Part shown: positions 18,935 through 30,854 of the stretch, piece after piece | Position numbering within the stretch: position 1 is the stretch's first letter | Layout of the letters: every line of letters starts with the position of its first letter | DNA from: Nitrosospira multiformis ATCC 25196 | GTDB taxonomy: Bacteria; Pseudomonadota; Gammaproteobacteria; Burkholderiales; Nitrosomonadaceae | Assembly (NCBI RefSeq): GCF_000196355.1 | Contig: NC_007614.1 | Span: 840,001-872,000 of the forward strand | Length of the DNA: 32,000 nt | Reading direction: 5' to 3' | Notes under the pieces: generated by a model | The model's database searches: none | The model's input: only the letters and a program-made list of their open reading frames with translations | Told to the model about the DNA's origin: nothing | Made by a program: the position numbers and the translations under genes

Positions 18935-20968
18935 TTACAACAACGGCACAATCAGGAGCGCCACGATATTCATGATCTTGATGAGCGGATTCACGGCTGG
19001 ACCCGCAGTATCCTTGTAAGGATCGCCCACTGTATCACCTGTAACGGCTGCCTTATGCGCTTCCGAACCTTTTCCACCGAAATGGCCATCTTCAATGTAT
19101 TTCTTGGCGTTATCCCAGGCACCGCCCCCGGCAGTCATCGAAATTGCCACGAAAATGCCTGTAATGATCGCACCGATCAGTACCCCGCCGAGAGCAACCG
19201 GACCCAGCATGAGGCCGACGATCAGGGGAACGGCAACCGGAAGCAGGGAGGGAAGGATCATTTCCTTGATCGCCGCTCTTGTCACCATATCCACTGCACG
19301 CGAGTAGTCGGGCCTGGCTGTTCCTTCCATGATTCCAGGGATTTCCTTGAACTGGCGGCGGACTTCCACTACTACCGAACCGGCGGCACGGCCGACGGCT
19401 TCCATGGCCATGGCGCCAAACAGGTAGGGAACCATGCCCCCGAGGAACAGGCCGATGATGACCATGTGATCGGACAAATCAAAGTTTACGCTCTTGCCGC
19501 CACTCGAGAGTGCATGGGTGTAGTCGGCGAACAGCACCAGCGCAGCCAGACCGGCAGAGCCGATCGCATAGCCTTTGGTCACGGCCTTGGTGGTGTTGCC
19601 CACGGCATCGAGGGGATCGGTGATGTCTCGTACTTCCGAAGGCAGACCGGACATTTCGGCAATGCCCCCAGCATTATCCGTGATGGGACCGTAAGCATCC
19701 AGCGCGACGATGATTCCGGCCATGGAAAGCATCGATGTGGCGGCGATGGCAATGCCATACAGGCCTGCCAGTTCGTATGTGATCCAGATGGAAAGACATA
19801 CGACAACAACCGGCCAGGCAGTTGCCTTCATTGAAATACCCAGACCGGCAATGACGTTGGTGCCGTGACCGGTGCTGGAAGCTTCGGCAATGGAGCGTAC
19901 CGGTTTGAATTCAGTTGAAGTGTAGTACTCCGTGATCCACACCATTGCAGCGGTGAGCGCCAGGCCAACCAGTACGGAGAGGTAAAGACTGGTCGAGGTA
20001 ACCAGCTTTCCCTCGATCATTACGCCCTCGCCGAGCATGATGGTCGTGATGGGATAATAGGCAATTGCCGCCAGCCCGCCGGCAACTGCCAAACCACGGT
20101 AAAGCGCATTCATGATTTTGCCGCCTTCACGTGCCTTGACAAAGTAACAGCCAATGATGGAAGCAATAATCGAAACGCCCCCCAATACCAGTGGATAGAG
20201 CACCGCGTTGGGGCCGGCGTCGGTGATGAGCAAGCCGCCCAGCAGCATGGTCGCGATAATGGTAACGGCGTAGGTTTCAAACAGGTCTGCAGCCATCCCG
20301 GCACAGTCGCCCACGTTATCGCCTACGTTGTCGGCAATTACTGCAGGGTTGCGTGGATCATCCTCAGGGATGCCGGCTTCCACCTTGCCGACCAGGTCCG
20401 CGCCGACGTCGGCGCCCTTGGTGAAAATTCCGCCGCCGAGACGTGCAAAAATGGAGATCAGCGAGCTACCGAAGGCAACTCCCACGAGGGCGTGAGTGGC
20501 TTGCGATTCACTTGCGCCCATGCCGATCAGAAGGGCAAAGTAGCCGGCTACGCCCAGCAAACCCAGACCAACCACCAGCATACCGGTAATGGCCCCTCCC
20601 TTGAAGGCAACATCCAGGGCGGCATTGAGGCCGTGCCGCGCTGCTTCCGCCGTGCGTACGTTGGCACGCACCGATACGTTCATGCCGATATACCCGGTCA
20701 GCCCCGACAGGAAAGCGCCCAGAGCAAACCCGACGGCTGTCTGCCAGCCCAGAGCAAGAAAGATTGCCATCAGCAGAATAACACCCACTATGCTGATGGT
20801 GGTGTATTGGCGGTTCAGGTAAGCCGAGGCGCCTTGCTGAATCGCCGTAGCAATATCCCGCATGCGTTCGTTGCCTGCTGGCAACGCTACAATCCATCTT
20901 ATCGAAACCACTCCATAAAGGAGTGCCGCCATCGCGCAACCAATTGCGATGATTAAACCAGTACTCAT
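18935..20968 (-). CDS. hppA: Membrane-bound H+-translocating pyrophosphatase, K+-independent subtype
   Basis: [54 protein letters not shown]; [12 protein letters not shown]...[38 protein letters not shown] carries the Lys that marks the K+-independent subclass. Confidence 0.96.
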   Translation of the reverse strand: MSTGLIIAIGCAMAALLYGVVSIRWIVALPAGNERMRDIATAIQQGASAYLNRQYTTISIVGVILLMAIFLALGWQTAVGFALGAFLSGLTGYIGMNVSVRANVRTAEAARHGLNAALDVAFKGGAITGMLVVGLGLLGVAGYFALLIGMGASESQATHALVGVAFGSSLISIFARLGGGIFTKGADVGADLVGKVEAGIPEDDPRNPAVIADNVGDNVGDCAGMAADLFETYAVTIIATMLLGGLLITDAGPNAVLYPLVLGGVSIIASIIGCYFVKAREGGKIMNALYRGLAVAGGLAAIAYYPITTIMLGEGVMIEGKLVTSTSLYLSVLVGLALTAAMVWITEYYTSTEFKPVRSIAEASSTGHGTNVIAGLGISMKATAWPVVVVCLSIWITYELAGLYGIAIAATSMLSMAGIIVALDAYGPITDNAGGIAEMSGLPSEVRDITDPLDAVGNTTKAVTKGYAIGSAGLAALVLFADYTHALSSGGKSVNFDLSDHMVIIGLFLGGMVPYLFGAMAMEAVGRAAGSVVVEVRRQFKEIPGIMEGTARPDYSRAVDMVTRAAIKEMILPSLLPVAVPLIVGLMLGPVALGGVLIGAIITGIFVAISMTAGGGAWDNAKKYIEDGHFGGKGSEAHKAAVTGDTVGDPYKDTAGPAVNPLIKIMNIVALLIVPLL

Positions 20969-21131
20969 TTAAATCTCCAGTTAAAATCGGCTACGGGGAA
21001 ACGCATACAAGATGCAGCGTTATCGTTCACAGAGAGTGCTGCTCAGCGGTTGTTCAGTGATTGCTTTGCTGCCGGTACACACTTCTGTGAACAATATGCA
21101 TGCGCTTCCGGTTACGCCAGGTTAAAGCGAC

Positions 21132-22391
21132 TCAAAGCGTGAAGCCGCTCAATTTTTTCGGGACCGCCACATTCTTCAACCGTACGTAGTCCGGCAGCCC
21201 ATCCTTGTAGGGTGGATAGTCTTCACCCTCGATAAGGGGCGCCAGATATTCCCGGCACAGGTCGGTAATGCCAAACCCGTCCTCGGTGATAAAGTTCTCA
21301 GGCATCATTTTTTCGACATTGGCGACTTGCGACAGCTGAGCCATACCTACTTTCCACTGGTAGGGCCTGGCGGAAATACGTTCTATGGTAGGCATCACGG
21401 AGTTATGCCCCTGGACCGCGAATTCCACCGCAGCCTGGCCCATGGCGTATGCTTGCTCAACGTCGGTTTTGGAGGCGATGTGACGCGCGGCACGTTGCAG
21501 ATAGTCCGCCACACCCCAGTGATATTTGAGTCCGAGTCCCTCCTTCACCATGCTCGCCACCACCGGTGCCACCCCTCCCAATTGCGCATGTCCGAACGCA
21601 TCGCGCACCCCCTGGTCGGAGAGGAATTTGCCGTCATCTCCTTTTACGCCTTCCGATACCACTACCGAGCAGTAGCCGAATTTCTTGACGCAGCTATCCA
21701 CTTTGGCGAGGAATTTCTGTTTGTCGAAGCTGATTTCGGGGAAGAGAATGACGACGGGAATTTCACGCTCAGGGCTGGACGCCAGGCCTCCGGCGGCTGC
21801 TATCCAGCCGGCGTGCCGTCCCATTACTTCCAGCACGAACACCTTCGTGGACGTTGCTGACATGCTTGCCACATCGAAGCTGGCTTCAAGCGTGGATACG
21901 GCGATGTACTTCGCCACGGAGCCGAAGCCAGGACAGCAGTCCGTGATGGGAAGGTCGTTATCCACCGTTTTTGGCACATGAATGGCCTGAATGGGATAGC
22001 CAAGTGTGCCGGACAGTTGTGATACCTTGAGACATGTATCCGCTGAATCGCCGCCGCCGTTGTAGAAGAAATAGCCGATGTCATGAGCCTTGAATACTTC
22101 GATCAGGCGTTCATATTCCCGCCGGTTCTGTTCAAGGCTTTTCAGTTTGTAGCGGCAGGAGCCGAATGCTCCGGAGGGTGTGTACCGCAAGGCGCTGATT
22201 GCGGCATCGGATTCCTGGCCAGTATCGATCAGATCCTCGGTAAGCGCGCCGATGATCCCGTTGCGTCCCGCATAGATCCTGCCTATCTTTCCGCTTTGCT
22301 TGCGGGCGGCTTCAATTACCCCGGCTGCGGAAGCGTTGATGACGGCCGTAACGCCGCCGGATTGAGCATAAAAAGCATTTTTTGCTGCCAT
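21132..22391 (-). CDS. 6-phosphofructokinase, probably pyrophosphate-dependent
   Basis: FYAQSGGVTAVINASAAGV, YNGGGDSADTCLK, VPKTVDNDLPITDCCPGFGSVAKY. The PKTVDND motif (Lys, not Gly) indicates PPi specificity. Start at 22391, inside the longer track ORF. Confidence 0.9.
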   Translation of the reverse strand: MAAKNAFYAQSGGVTAVINASAAGVIEAARKQSGKIGRIYAGRNGIIGALTEDLIDTGQESDAAISALRYTPSGAFGSCRYKLKSLEQNRREYERLIEVFKAHDIGYFFYNGGGDSADTCLKVSQLSGTLGYPIQAIHVPKTVDNDLPITDCCPGFGSVAKYIAVSTLEASFDVASMSATSTKVFVLEVMGRHAGWIAAAGGLASSPEREIPVVILFPEISFDKQKFLAKVDSCVKKFGYCSVVVSEGVKGDDGKFLSDQGVRDAFGHAQLGGVAPVVASMVKEGLGLKYHWGVADYLQRAARHIASKTDVEQAYAMGQAAVEFAVQGHNSVMPTIERISARPYQWKVGMAQLSQVANVEKMMPENFITEDGFGITDLCREYLAPLIEGEDYPPYKDGLPDYVRLKNVAVPKKLSGFTL

Positions 22392-22581
22392 ATTTCTCCC
22401 CTGATTATTTAAATCTTCCAACATTTACCGTCAGCGTACGCACGCTTTCTCCCGTGGCGCACCAGTGCTGGCGCCATCATGCATACGGCAACGAGGACTA
22501 TCGCCGCTGCGTATTGCTCTCTTAGCGAATTAAAACGGCGGTGATACCAGGCTTGAGTTCCACCAGGAGTTTTGACTGAAG

Positions 22582-23247
<666 letters not shown>

Positions 23248-23346
23248 TTATAAAGCCCGCTGGCGAGGCGGGAGGCGAGATCCATTTTGTTGTCAAACAA
23301 GAGATTATAGCGCAGGCCATCCGCCTCTTGAACTTTTTGACCCGAT

Positions 23347-26127
23347 TCAGCAGCCCAGTTTCTGAAGTTGCTCTTTCAGTTTTCCCAATGTCGTGCTGAA
23401 ACCGGCAAGGCGTTCTTTTTCCTGTTCCACTACCTTTGCCGGCGCGCGATCCACGAAATTACTGTTGGCGAGCTTGGTTTGCGCCTTTTCCATTTCCGTC
23501 TGGACACGGTCGAGCTCTTTGGTCAGCCGCTCACGCTCAGCAGCAATATCAATCTCGATTTTCAGCATCAGCCTGAATTCACCTACGATTGCGACCGGTG
23601 CTTCGGCGGGAGGTAAATCCTGTTCGATTTCGATATCCGACAATTTGGCCAGCGCCTTCAGATAAGGAGAAAAACCGGCGAGTGTTTTTACGTCGCCTAC
23701 GGCCAGAAGGGGTACCCTCGATGCCGGGGAGAGGTTCATTTCTCCGCGCAGCGTGCGGCAGGCATTGATCATTTCCTTGAGTGCAGCGATATTCCCGATG
23801 GCGGTGTCGTCGAGCTTGGAGGGATCGGCTTGAGGGTAAGGCTGCAACATGATGCTCACCCCTTGCTTGGCTGCCAGTGGAGCCACGCTTTGCCACAACT
23901 CTTCGGTAATGAACGGGATGAGGGGATGGGCAAGTCTTAAAGCCGTTTCCAGGACGCGGGCCAGGGTGCGGCGCGTCGTGCGCTGTACCACTTCGTTGCC
24001 GGAATTCAGCTGTACCTTGGCGAACTCCAGATACCAGTCGCAATACTCATCCCAGACGAATTCATAGATTTCGCGGGCCGCCATGTCAAAGCGGTAGTCC
24101 TGATAAGCCTGCGCGACCGCGGTTTCCGCCTGTTGCAGCCGGCCGATGATCCAGCAGTCGGCATCCGAATATTCCAGCGGCACCGATTCCACTAAACCGG
24201 TATCCTTACCCTCGCAATTCATCAGCACGTAGCGTGCCGCATTCCAGAGCTTATTGCAGAAATTGCGGTAACCTTCGCAGCGCTGCATATCGAACTTGAT
24301 GTCGCGGCCATGAGAGGCGAGGCTTGCAAAAGTAAAGCGCAGCGCATCGGCACCGAACGCCGGGATTCCCTCCGGAAACTGCTTACGGGTGATTTTTTCG
24401 ATGGATTCGGCCTGCCGCGGGTTCATCAGACCGCTCGTGCGCTTGGTGATCAGATCAGGAAGTGCAATGCCGTCGATAAGATCCAGCGGGTCCAGCACAT
24501 TGCCTCTGGATTTGCTCATTTTATGCCCTTCCGCATCGCGGATGAGGCCGGTGATATATACCTCCCGGAAAGGTACTTTGCCGGTGAAATGCAGGGACAT
24601 CATCACCATGCGCGCTACCCAGAAAAAAATGATGTCGAAGCCGGTGACCAGAACCGAGGTCGGCAGGAATGTGTCAAGCTCCGGCGTTTTTTCCGGCCAG
24701 CCCAAGGTGGAGAATGGCCACAGCGCGGATGAAAACCAAGTATCCAGCACATCCTCGTCCTGCACCAGCTTGCGCCCCCCCGCCAGCCGCTGCGCTTCCT
24801 CCAGATTATGTGCGACAAAGATGTTATTGTCCTCGTCATACCAGGCGGGAATCCGATGGCCCCACCATAACTGCCGGGAAATACACCAGTCCTGGATATT
24901 TTCGAGCCACTGGTTATATACGTGCGCCCAGTTTTCCGGAATGAATTTCACTTCTCCACTTGCCACCGCCTCCAGGCCCCGCCTCGCCAGGCCGTTCATG
25001 GTGACATACCATTGATCAGTCAGCATCGGTTCAACGATAGCCTGAGTGCGATCTCCGCGCGGCACCATCAGCTTGTGCGGTTTTGTTTCAACCAGCAGAT
25101 TCTGTTCTTCCAGGTCGGCGACAATTTTCCTGCGGGCTGCAAAACGATCCAGTCCCTGATACTCGGCGGGCGCCAGGTCATTGATCTTTCCATCCAGGGT
25201 AAGAATGCCGAGCGGAACGAGTTTGTGCCGTTGTCCTATCTGATAGTCGTTGAAATCATGCGCGGGAGTGATCTTGACGCACCCCGTACCGAATGCCGGG
25301 TCGACATAGGCATCCGCGATGATGGGTATGCTCCGCTCGCATAATGGCAGGCGCACGTGGCGGCCGATCAGGTGACGGTAGCGCTCATCGTCAGGATGCA
25401 CAGCTACCGCCATATCGCCCAGCATGGTTTCCGGGCGGGTAGTGGCAACAATCAGCCCTTCCGGTTTTGCGCCATCCTGATTTCCCCCCAAATCGTTTTC
25501 GAAGGGATAAAGAATATGCCAGAGTGATCCTTCTTCTTCTGCCGATACCACTTCGAGGTCGGAAACGGCAGTTTGCAGCACCGGATCCCAGTTCACCAGG
25601 CGTTCCCCGCGATAAATGAGGCCTTCGCGATAAAGCCGCACGAAAACTTCAGTCACGGCGCGGGAGAGTCCCCCATCCATGGTGAAGCGTTCGCGCGACC
25701 AGTCGCAGGAGGCGCCCATACGGCGCATCTGGCGGCTGATGGTGGAGCCCGATTCCTCTTTCCATTCCCACACGCGGGCGAGAAACGCTTCACGTCCCAG
25801 ATCTCGCCGGTCAATGCTCTGCTGATCCAGTTGGCGTTCCACCACGATCTGGGTGGCAATTCCCGCATGGTCGGTACCCGGCTGCCATAACGTGTTATCT
25901 CCCCGCATACGGTGATAACGCGTCAGCGCATCCATCAAGGTATGTTGAAAGGCATGACCCATGTGCAGGGTGCCGGTCACGTTGGGTGGCGGCAGCATGA
26001 TGCAGTATGCAGGCGCTTGATCACCCGCAGTCCCTGCTGGTCCAGGCCTGAAATAGCCTTCGCCTTCCCAGCGCGAATACCAGCGGCTTTCGATAGCCCG
26101 GGGATCAAAGCTTTTTTCGAGTTCCAT
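23347..26127 (-). CDS. valS: Valyl-tRNA synthetase
   Basis: [21 protein letters not shown] (HIGH), [14 protein letters not shown] (KMSKS), [26 protein letters not shown] editing domain, C-terminal coiled-coil. Start MELEKSFDP at 26127. Confidence 0.96.
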   Translation of the reverse strand: MELEKSFDPRAIESRWYSRWEGEGYFRPGPAGTAGDQAPAYCIMLPPPNVTGTLHMGHAFQHTLMDALTRYHRMRGDNTLWQPGTDHAGIATQIVVERQLDQQSIDRRDLGREAFLARVWEWKEESGSTISRQMRRMGASCDWSRERFTMDGGLSRAVTEVFVRLYREGLIYRGERLVNWDPVLQTAVSDLEVVSAEEEGSLWHILYPFENDLGGNQDGAKPEGLIVATTRPETMLGDMAVAVHPDDERYRHLIGRHVRLPLCERSIPIIADAYVDPAFGTGCVKITPAHDFNDYQIGQRHKLVPLGILTLDGKINDLAPAEYQGLDRFAARRKIVADLEEQNLLVETKPHKLMVPRGDRTQAIVEPMLTDQWYVTMNGLARRGLEAVASGEVKFIPENWAHVYNQWLENIQDWCISRQLWWGHRIPAWYDEDNNIFVAHNLEEAQRLAGGRKLVQDEDVLDTWFSSALWPFSTLGWPEKTPELDTFLPTSVLVTGFDIIFFWVARMVMMSLHFTGKVPFREVYITGLIRDAEGHKMSKSRGNVLDPLDLIDGIALPDLITKRTSGLMNPRQAESIEKITRKQFPEGIPAFGADALRFTFASLASHGRDIKFDMQRCEGYRNFCNKLWNAARYVLMNCEGKDTGLVESVPLEYSDADCWIIGRLQQAETAVAQAYQDYRFDMAAREIYEFVWDEYCDWYLEFAKVQLNSGNEVVQRTTRRTLARVLETALRLAHPLIPFITEELWQSVAPLAAKQGVSIMLQPYPQADPSKLDDTAIGNIAALKEMINACRTLRGEMNLSPASRVPLLAVGDVKTLAGFSPYLKALAKLSDIEIEQDLPPAEAPVAIVGEFRLMLKIEIDIAAERERLTKELDRVQTEMEKAQTKLANSNFVDRAPAKVVEQEKERLAGFSTTLGKLKEQLQKLGC

Positions 26128-26302
26128 ACTGTCGATCGTTTGGTGGAAAACCCGCAATTATAACGGAAGGTGCAAGGGCCGGCAGCGCGGCGCTCCCTCT
26201 TGACTGTGCCCCATCTTGTCGGTGAGGGGCATTCCGAGAAAGCATTGGGAATCTATCCCGTTATCCTTATTGAGCCGGGCAGCAAATATAATGAATCTCG
26301 TC

Positions 26303-26323
26303 ATTCCGGCCCTGACCCGGAAT
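26303..26323. repeat. REP-like palindrome ATTCCGG-N7-CCGGAAT
   Basis: TCATTCCGGCCCTGACCCGGAATCCAG resembles the widespread intergenic GTCATTCC...GGAATCCAG elements. A weaker ATTCC...GGAAT pair lies at 26231-26252. Confidence 0.5.
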
Positions 26324-26829
26324 CCAGCCAAATCTAATGGCGTGCTTCTTGGAATGTTACGGAATACCCGTTTCCGCCGTATGAAGTTTGTACCGTCTGC
26401 TCGCCGACTCCACCACAAGCCCGTTTTGCGGGCGCCGGAGGCAGGCCCTAATCAGCTCCTGCACTCTGCTGAAGGCCGCTCATGCCGACTCTTCAGCTTG
26501 CTCACTTTCAGGTCTTGCAATCTGCCTTAATCTCGCTTAAAAATAATTGAGATCGGGAAGATTTTGATTGAGGTTTTTCCCGACCGGGGGATAAGCCTGT
26601 TGATAACTCGTCAAGCCATGCCGTGGCTTGAGTTCTCTTATTGCTCAAAATACAGTGCCTTGCCATGGCTGGATAGACCGATCGGCTCATATACTTTTTG
26701 CCTGACAGATTTTAAGCTGCATTGCCATAATGACAGGTGGAGAGCCATGTGGCGCGAAGGGGAGCGCTGCCGGTATGGGATTGGCAAATGGGAGAGCCTT
26801 GCATCTCTGAAACCATTTACTGAGAGAGA

Positions 26830-27939
26830 ATGATGAAAATGACCAATGACTCCAGAATGCAGGGTTTGCTCCCGCTGTTGGTCTTGAGTACCGGATTGTG
26901 CTTTGTTTCCCCCGCCTTTGCACAGCTACAACGTTTATACATTCTGGATCTCAAAAGAAACCAACTGATCACTCTTATGCCGAGTGAAATGACGGGTAAC
27001 GCTACCGGCATCAATAATGCTGGCCAGGTAGCATGGTACGCCATCAAGGAATATGGGCACGCTTTCATCACCGGCCCCGACGGCGTTGGCAGAACCGATC
27101 TCAAGACACTGGGCGGTGATTCCAGCGCAACCTTTGGCATTAATGATGCGGGGCAAGTGGTAGGATGCTCACAGACAGCTACAGGTAATTTGCATGCTTT
27201 TATTACCGGCCCCAACGGCGTGGGCATGACAGACCTGGGGACACTGGGAGAACGTGCCAGTTACGCCACCAGCATCAATAATGCTGGCCAGGTGGCAGGA
27301 TATACCGTCAAGGAATATGGGCACGCTTTCATCACTGGTCCCAATGGTGCGGGCATGACCCATCTGGAAAGCCTGCCGGACGGACTCACAACTGTTGCTC
27401 ATGATATCAATGATGCCGGACAGGTGGTCGGGAGGGGCGTGAGGCACGCTTTCATCACTGGCCGCAATGGCGTGGGGATGAAGGATCTCGGGACCCTGGG
27501 TGGAGATTACAGTGTCGCCTATGGCATCAATGAGGCCGGAGAGGTGGTAGGGGGTTCCAGCACGGCTGCCGGTTATACGCACGCTTTCATCACTGGTCCC
27601 AATGGCGTGGGGATGACGGATCTCGGGACGCTGGGTGGAGGTTACAGTATCGCCACTGACATCAACGATGCCGGACAGGTGGTGGGATGGTCCACCATGG
27701 CTGCCGGTGATAACCATGCCTTTATCACCGGTCCCAATGGCGTAGGCATGATGGACCTTAATTCACTGCCCTGGTTACCGCCCGGATACGTTATAACGGG
27801 CGCCATCAGCATCAATGACAGGGGACAGGTCGTCGTTATTGCCGATCTTCCCAAACCCGAGGCTTATATGCTGATATTCGCTGGCCTGGGCCTGATCGGG
27901 TTTCTGGTATGGTGGCAGAAGTCGGGAAGCAGCGCCTAG
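26830..27939 (+). CDS. Exported HAF-repeat protein with PEP-CTERM-like C-terminus
   Basis: Signal peptide ending SPAFA/Q; six HAFITG repeats; C-terminus LPKPEAYMLIFAGLGLIGFLVWWQKSGSSA resembles a PEP-CTERM sorting signal. Confidence 0.85.
   Translation: MMKMTNDSRMQGLLPLLVLSTGLCFVSPAFAQLQRLYILDLKRNQLITLMPSEMTGNATGINNAGQVAWYAIKEYGHAFITGPDGVGRTDLKTLGGDSSATFGINDAGQVVGCSQTATGNLHAFITGPNGVGMTDLGTLGERASYATSINNAGQVAGYTVKEYGHAFITGPNGAGMTHLESLPDGLTTVAHDINDAGQVVGRGVRHAFITGRNGVGMKDLGTLGGDYSVAYGINEAGEVVGGSSTAAGYTHAFITGPNGVGMTDLGTLGGGYSIATDINDAGQVVGWSTMAAGDNHAFITGPNGVGMMDLNSLPWLPPGYVITGAISINDRGQVVVIADLPKPEAYMLIFAGLGLIGFLVWWQKSGSSA
27058..27770 (+). repeat. Tandem degenerate repeats (about 41-46 aa period) encoding HAFITGPNGVGMTDLGTLGG...INDAGQVVG
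   Basis: Six HAFITG(P/R)(D/N)G occurrences in the translation; the first starts at 27058. Confidence 0.9.
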
Positions 27940-28193
27940 TATCGAGGCATCGCCCCTGATCCCTGCGGGTTTTCCAGGTGAAGTGCGATGGGCCGGGAAC
28001 GGGCCCCTGTTCCATTATTGTTTTTATGCGTACAAAATTCCTCCGTGCAGCTGAGACTCATGAAACGGTAGGCGTATTTCCCCCGAAGGATGAGGATGAA
28101 ATTGGGGAGGCAGAAAGGGGAACAGAGAGACTTGTGGGTCGGTCGAGCGTGCAGGCAGGGGAATAATCGAACCCAAGATAAAAAGATCGAAAT

Positions 28194-28601
28194 TTAAAGG
28201 CCGAACAGGTGCGATTTCAGTGCCTGTATCAGCGCCTTGCGTGCCTTCGGATTCAAGGCGTTTCCGCTCTCATTCAGCGCCTCATCCAGAATTTTTTCCA
28301 GCAGCACGGTTATATCGGCGGGGGAAAGTGTCGAAGGCGCGGAATGCATGACTTCCGTGAGGGTGGGTATATTGGCGTCAGACGGGGACGGGCCGGCGGC
28401 GACTTCTGTGAGGGTGGGGATATCCTCTGCTTGTGCTCGCTTCGTCGAGGTTGCGGATAAACGGGGTGAGCCGGCGGCCAAGTGGCTATCGCTGCCAGCC
28501 AGCGGCGGGGAGGATACGTCCTGGTGTCTGCTCAGCAGTATTTCGAGCTTGCGCAGAATTTTGTCATATTCATCCTGCGAGGCTTTTTTGCTGTTTGTCA
28601 T
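28194..28601 (-). CDS. Small hypothetical protein with duplicated IPTLTEV motif (DUF2486-like by recollection)
   Basis: MTNSKKASQDEYDKILRKLEILLSRHQ...DIPTLTEVAAGPSPSDANIPTLTEVMH...KARKALIQALKSHLFGL. Same strand as holC and pepA. Confidence 0.65.
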   Translation of the reverse strand: MTNSKKASQDEYDKILRKLEILLSRHQDVSSPPLAGSDSHLAAGSPRLSATSTKRAQAEDIPTLTEVAAGPSPSDANIPTLTEVMHSAPSTLSPADITVLLEKILDEALNESGNALNPKARKALIQALKSHLFGL

Positions 28602-28687
28602 TGAAATGCCGGTTGATAAAGAGAGGGGGCGGAACTCCGGGAATTGATACCTGCTGCGCGATTTGGCATGATTTGGTGTCTGTCTGC

Positions 28688-29110
28688 CTATACGGCACCA
28701 AGGCGGTGATGCCGTATTTCGTAACCACGATCCTGATAAAACCGGTAGCGTTTCCTTGCGGCCTGGGTATCTTCGTCCGTGTTGCCCGCAATTTCAATGA
28801 GTCGCCGGAAGCGGCTGAAGAAAGGAGGGTTTTCAGGGCCCAGGTTGAGCAATACATCATCGTGCGGCGGATTCCTTCCACTATCGCTGAGTGTTACCGG
28901 CGTGAACTCAGCCAGCTTGTCGTCTGTCTGGCAGTGCGGAATAAAATCGGTCGCAGAGAAAGTCCACAACAACTTATCGATCTGCTCGACCGTAGCCATG
29001 TCAGGCGCGTAAATCATGACCTTGAATCCTTTCCGCACGGCTGTTGCAACCAGACGACAGGCGGTATGGAGCCGGTCTCCCCCGCCCGAGTAGAAGTCGA
29101 TTTCCGTCAT
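28688..29110 (-). CDS. holC: DNA polymerase III chi subunit
   Basis: MTEIDFYSGGGDRLHTACRLVATAVRKGFKVMIYAPDMATVEQIDKLLWTFSATDFIPHC; start overlaps the pepA stop. Confidence 0.88.
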   Translation of the reverse strand: MTEIDFYSGGGDRLHTACRLVATAVRKGFKVMIYAPDMATVEQIDKLLWTFSATDFIPHCQTDDKLAEFTPVTLSDSGRNPPHDDVLLNLGPENPPFFSRFRRLIEIAGNTDEDTQAARKRYRFYQDRGYEIRHHRLGAV

Positions 29111-30663
29111 TCCTTCGATTTGCGCCGGTTCTTGCGGCTGCCGGTCTCGCCAGTGCTACCGGGTTGTCTGGTAGTCCGGCTGATCAAAAACTGGGTGAGC
29201 AGCGGTACCGGACGTCCGGTCGCGCCTTTTTCCTTGCCGGATTTCCAGGCCGTCCCGGCTATGTCGAGGTGCGCCCAGCGATATTTTTTGGTGAATCGCG
29301 CCAGGAAGCAGGCGGCGGTAATGGTTCCCGCAGCGCGACCTCCGATATTGGCCACATCGGCGAAATTACTTTTCAGTTGCTCCTGATATTCGTCGAACAG
29401 CGGCAGACGCCAGGCGCGATCCACTGCACGCTCCGAAGCATCCAACAGTTCCCGGGCCAGTTCGTCGTCATTGCTCAGCAGGCCCGAGGCAACGTGACCG
29501 AGCGCTATGACACAGGCGCCGGTGAGCGTAGCAATATCGATTACTGCTTCCGGTTCGTAGCGTTCGGTGTAGGCCAGCGCGTCGCACAGGATCAGCCTGC
29601 CTTCGGCATCCGTATTGAGAATTTCTATGGTTTGTCCCGACATGCTCGTGACGACGTCGCCAGGTTTGGTGGCATTGCCGCCAGGCATGTTTTCGGTGGC
29701 TGGAATAATGCCGACCACATTGATTGGAAGACCCATTTTTGCAACAGCGTGAACGGTGCCCAGTACGCTGGCGGCCCCGCACATGTCGTACTTCATTTCA
29801 TCCATTTCCCCGGCTGGCTTGAGGGAAATGCCGCCCGTATCGAAGGTGACGCCCTTGCCTACCAGCACAACAGGTTTTCCCTTCTTCGCCCCTCCCCAAT
29901 ATTCCAGGGCAATCAGCTTGGGAGGCTGGCGGCTTCCGCGCGCCACGGCCAGCAATGCGCCCATGCCCAGATCCTCCATATCCTTTTGCTCCAGCACCGT
30001 CACTTTGAGCTTGTAAGTCTTGGCCATATTCATGGCCTGCTCCGCAAGATAGGTCGGAGTGCAGATGTTAGGTGCAAGATTGCCCAGATCCTTGGCCAGA
30101 CTCATGCCATCGCCCACAGCCAGTCCTTGTTGCAGAGCCTCCTCACTGGCGGTCTGTTCCTCCTCGGTGAGTGACTTGATAATACCGAGGGTAATTTTTT
30201 GCAGCTTCGGCTCGGCTTCCTCGACCTTGCTTTTCAGCCGGTCGAAGCGGTACATGCTCTCCAGCCCGCCGACCGCGATTTGCAGGACTTTCCAGGAGAG
30301 ATCGCGGTTTTTTACGGGCGCTTCCAGCAGAAACAGAGTGGCATCGGCAGCGCCAGTGTCAGAGAGTGCCTTGAACACTGCGCGTACTGCATCGCGGTAT
30401 CCCTTGTCGCCGAGTTCCTGCTCCTTGCCAAGCCCCACCAGCAATACGCGCTCGCAGGCGCTGTTGGGCACATTATGGAGCATCAGGGTCGCGCCCGCTT
30501 TGCCTTTCATATCCCCCCGGCTCAGGATGCCGGTAATATAGCCGTTTGCAGATTTGTCCAGCGCTTCGGCAGCAGGGGTCAATTTTTGTTGTTCGAAAAT
30601 ACCTGCAACCACACAGGCACTACGCTGTTTTTCGGGTGTTCCGTTCTTTATATTAAATTTCAC
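29107..30663 (-). CDS. pepA: Leucyl aminopeptidase (M17)
   Basis: LVGKGVTFDTGGISLKPAGEMDEMKYDMCGAASVLGT...NTDAEGRLILCDALAY, catalytic signature of M17 peptidases. Confidence 0.95.
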   Translation of the reverse strand: MKFNIKNGTPEKQRSACVVAGIFEQQKLTPAAEALDKSANGYITGILSRGDMKGKAGATLMLHNVPNSACERVLLVGLGKEQELGDKGYRDAVRAVFKALSDTGAADATLFLLEAPVKNRDLSWKVLQIAVGGLESMYRFDRLKSKVEEAEPKLQKITLGIIKSLTEEEQTASEEALQQGLAVGDGMSLAKDLGNLAPNICTPTYLAEQAMNMAKTYKLKVTVLEQKDMEDLGMGALLAVARGSRQPPKLIALEYWGGAKKGKPVVLVGKGVTFDTGGISLKPAGEMDEMKYDMCGAASVLGTVHAVAKMGLPINVVGIIPATENMPGGNATKPGDVVTSMSGQTIEILNTDAEGRLILCDALAYTERYEPEAVIDIATLTGACVIALGHVASGLLSNDDELARELLDASERAVDRAWRLPLFDEYQEQLKSNFADVANIGGRAAGTITAACFLARFTKKYRWAHLDIAGTAWKSGKEKGATGRPVPLLTQFLISRTTRQPGSTGETGSRKNRRKSKE

Positions 30664-30854
30664 AGCTTGCTCCTCGATTCAAGGCTTGCGGGCCGATTGT
30701 TCAAACCGGATAATGCTTCGATTATCGCCGGACTATTCGCATAAAGTCAAAGCAGATACGGGACCGTTTCCAAAAATCTCATAATGGAATTCCTGTCACT
30801 CTGTAATGCGGCTGCACCGTGAGCGGCTGTGTCGGAGTGAGAGGGGAGGAATGG

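Noticed and set aside
18767-19834. 355-aa plus-strand ORF
   Set aside because: Antisense to hppA, with a His/Asp/Arg-rich shadow composition and no domain.
26158-26418. Minus-strand 86-aa ORF containing ...LAGFRVRAGMTRF...
   Set aside because: The peptide is the usual read-through of a REP-like GGAATCCAG/TCATTCC element, not a gene.
27169-27717. Minus-strand ORF of repeated ITGTSDESVPI-type units
   Set aside because: Antisense reading of the HAF-repeat gene. The repetition and openness are inherited from the sense-strand repeats.
28433-29386. 317-aa plus-strand ORF
   Set aside because: Antisense shadow of holC, the pepA end and the small DUF gene.
29044-30174. 376-aa plus-strand ORF
   Set aside because: Antisense to pepA, whose catalytic motifs are unambiguous. 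Long shadow ORFs are common in GC-rich coding DNA.
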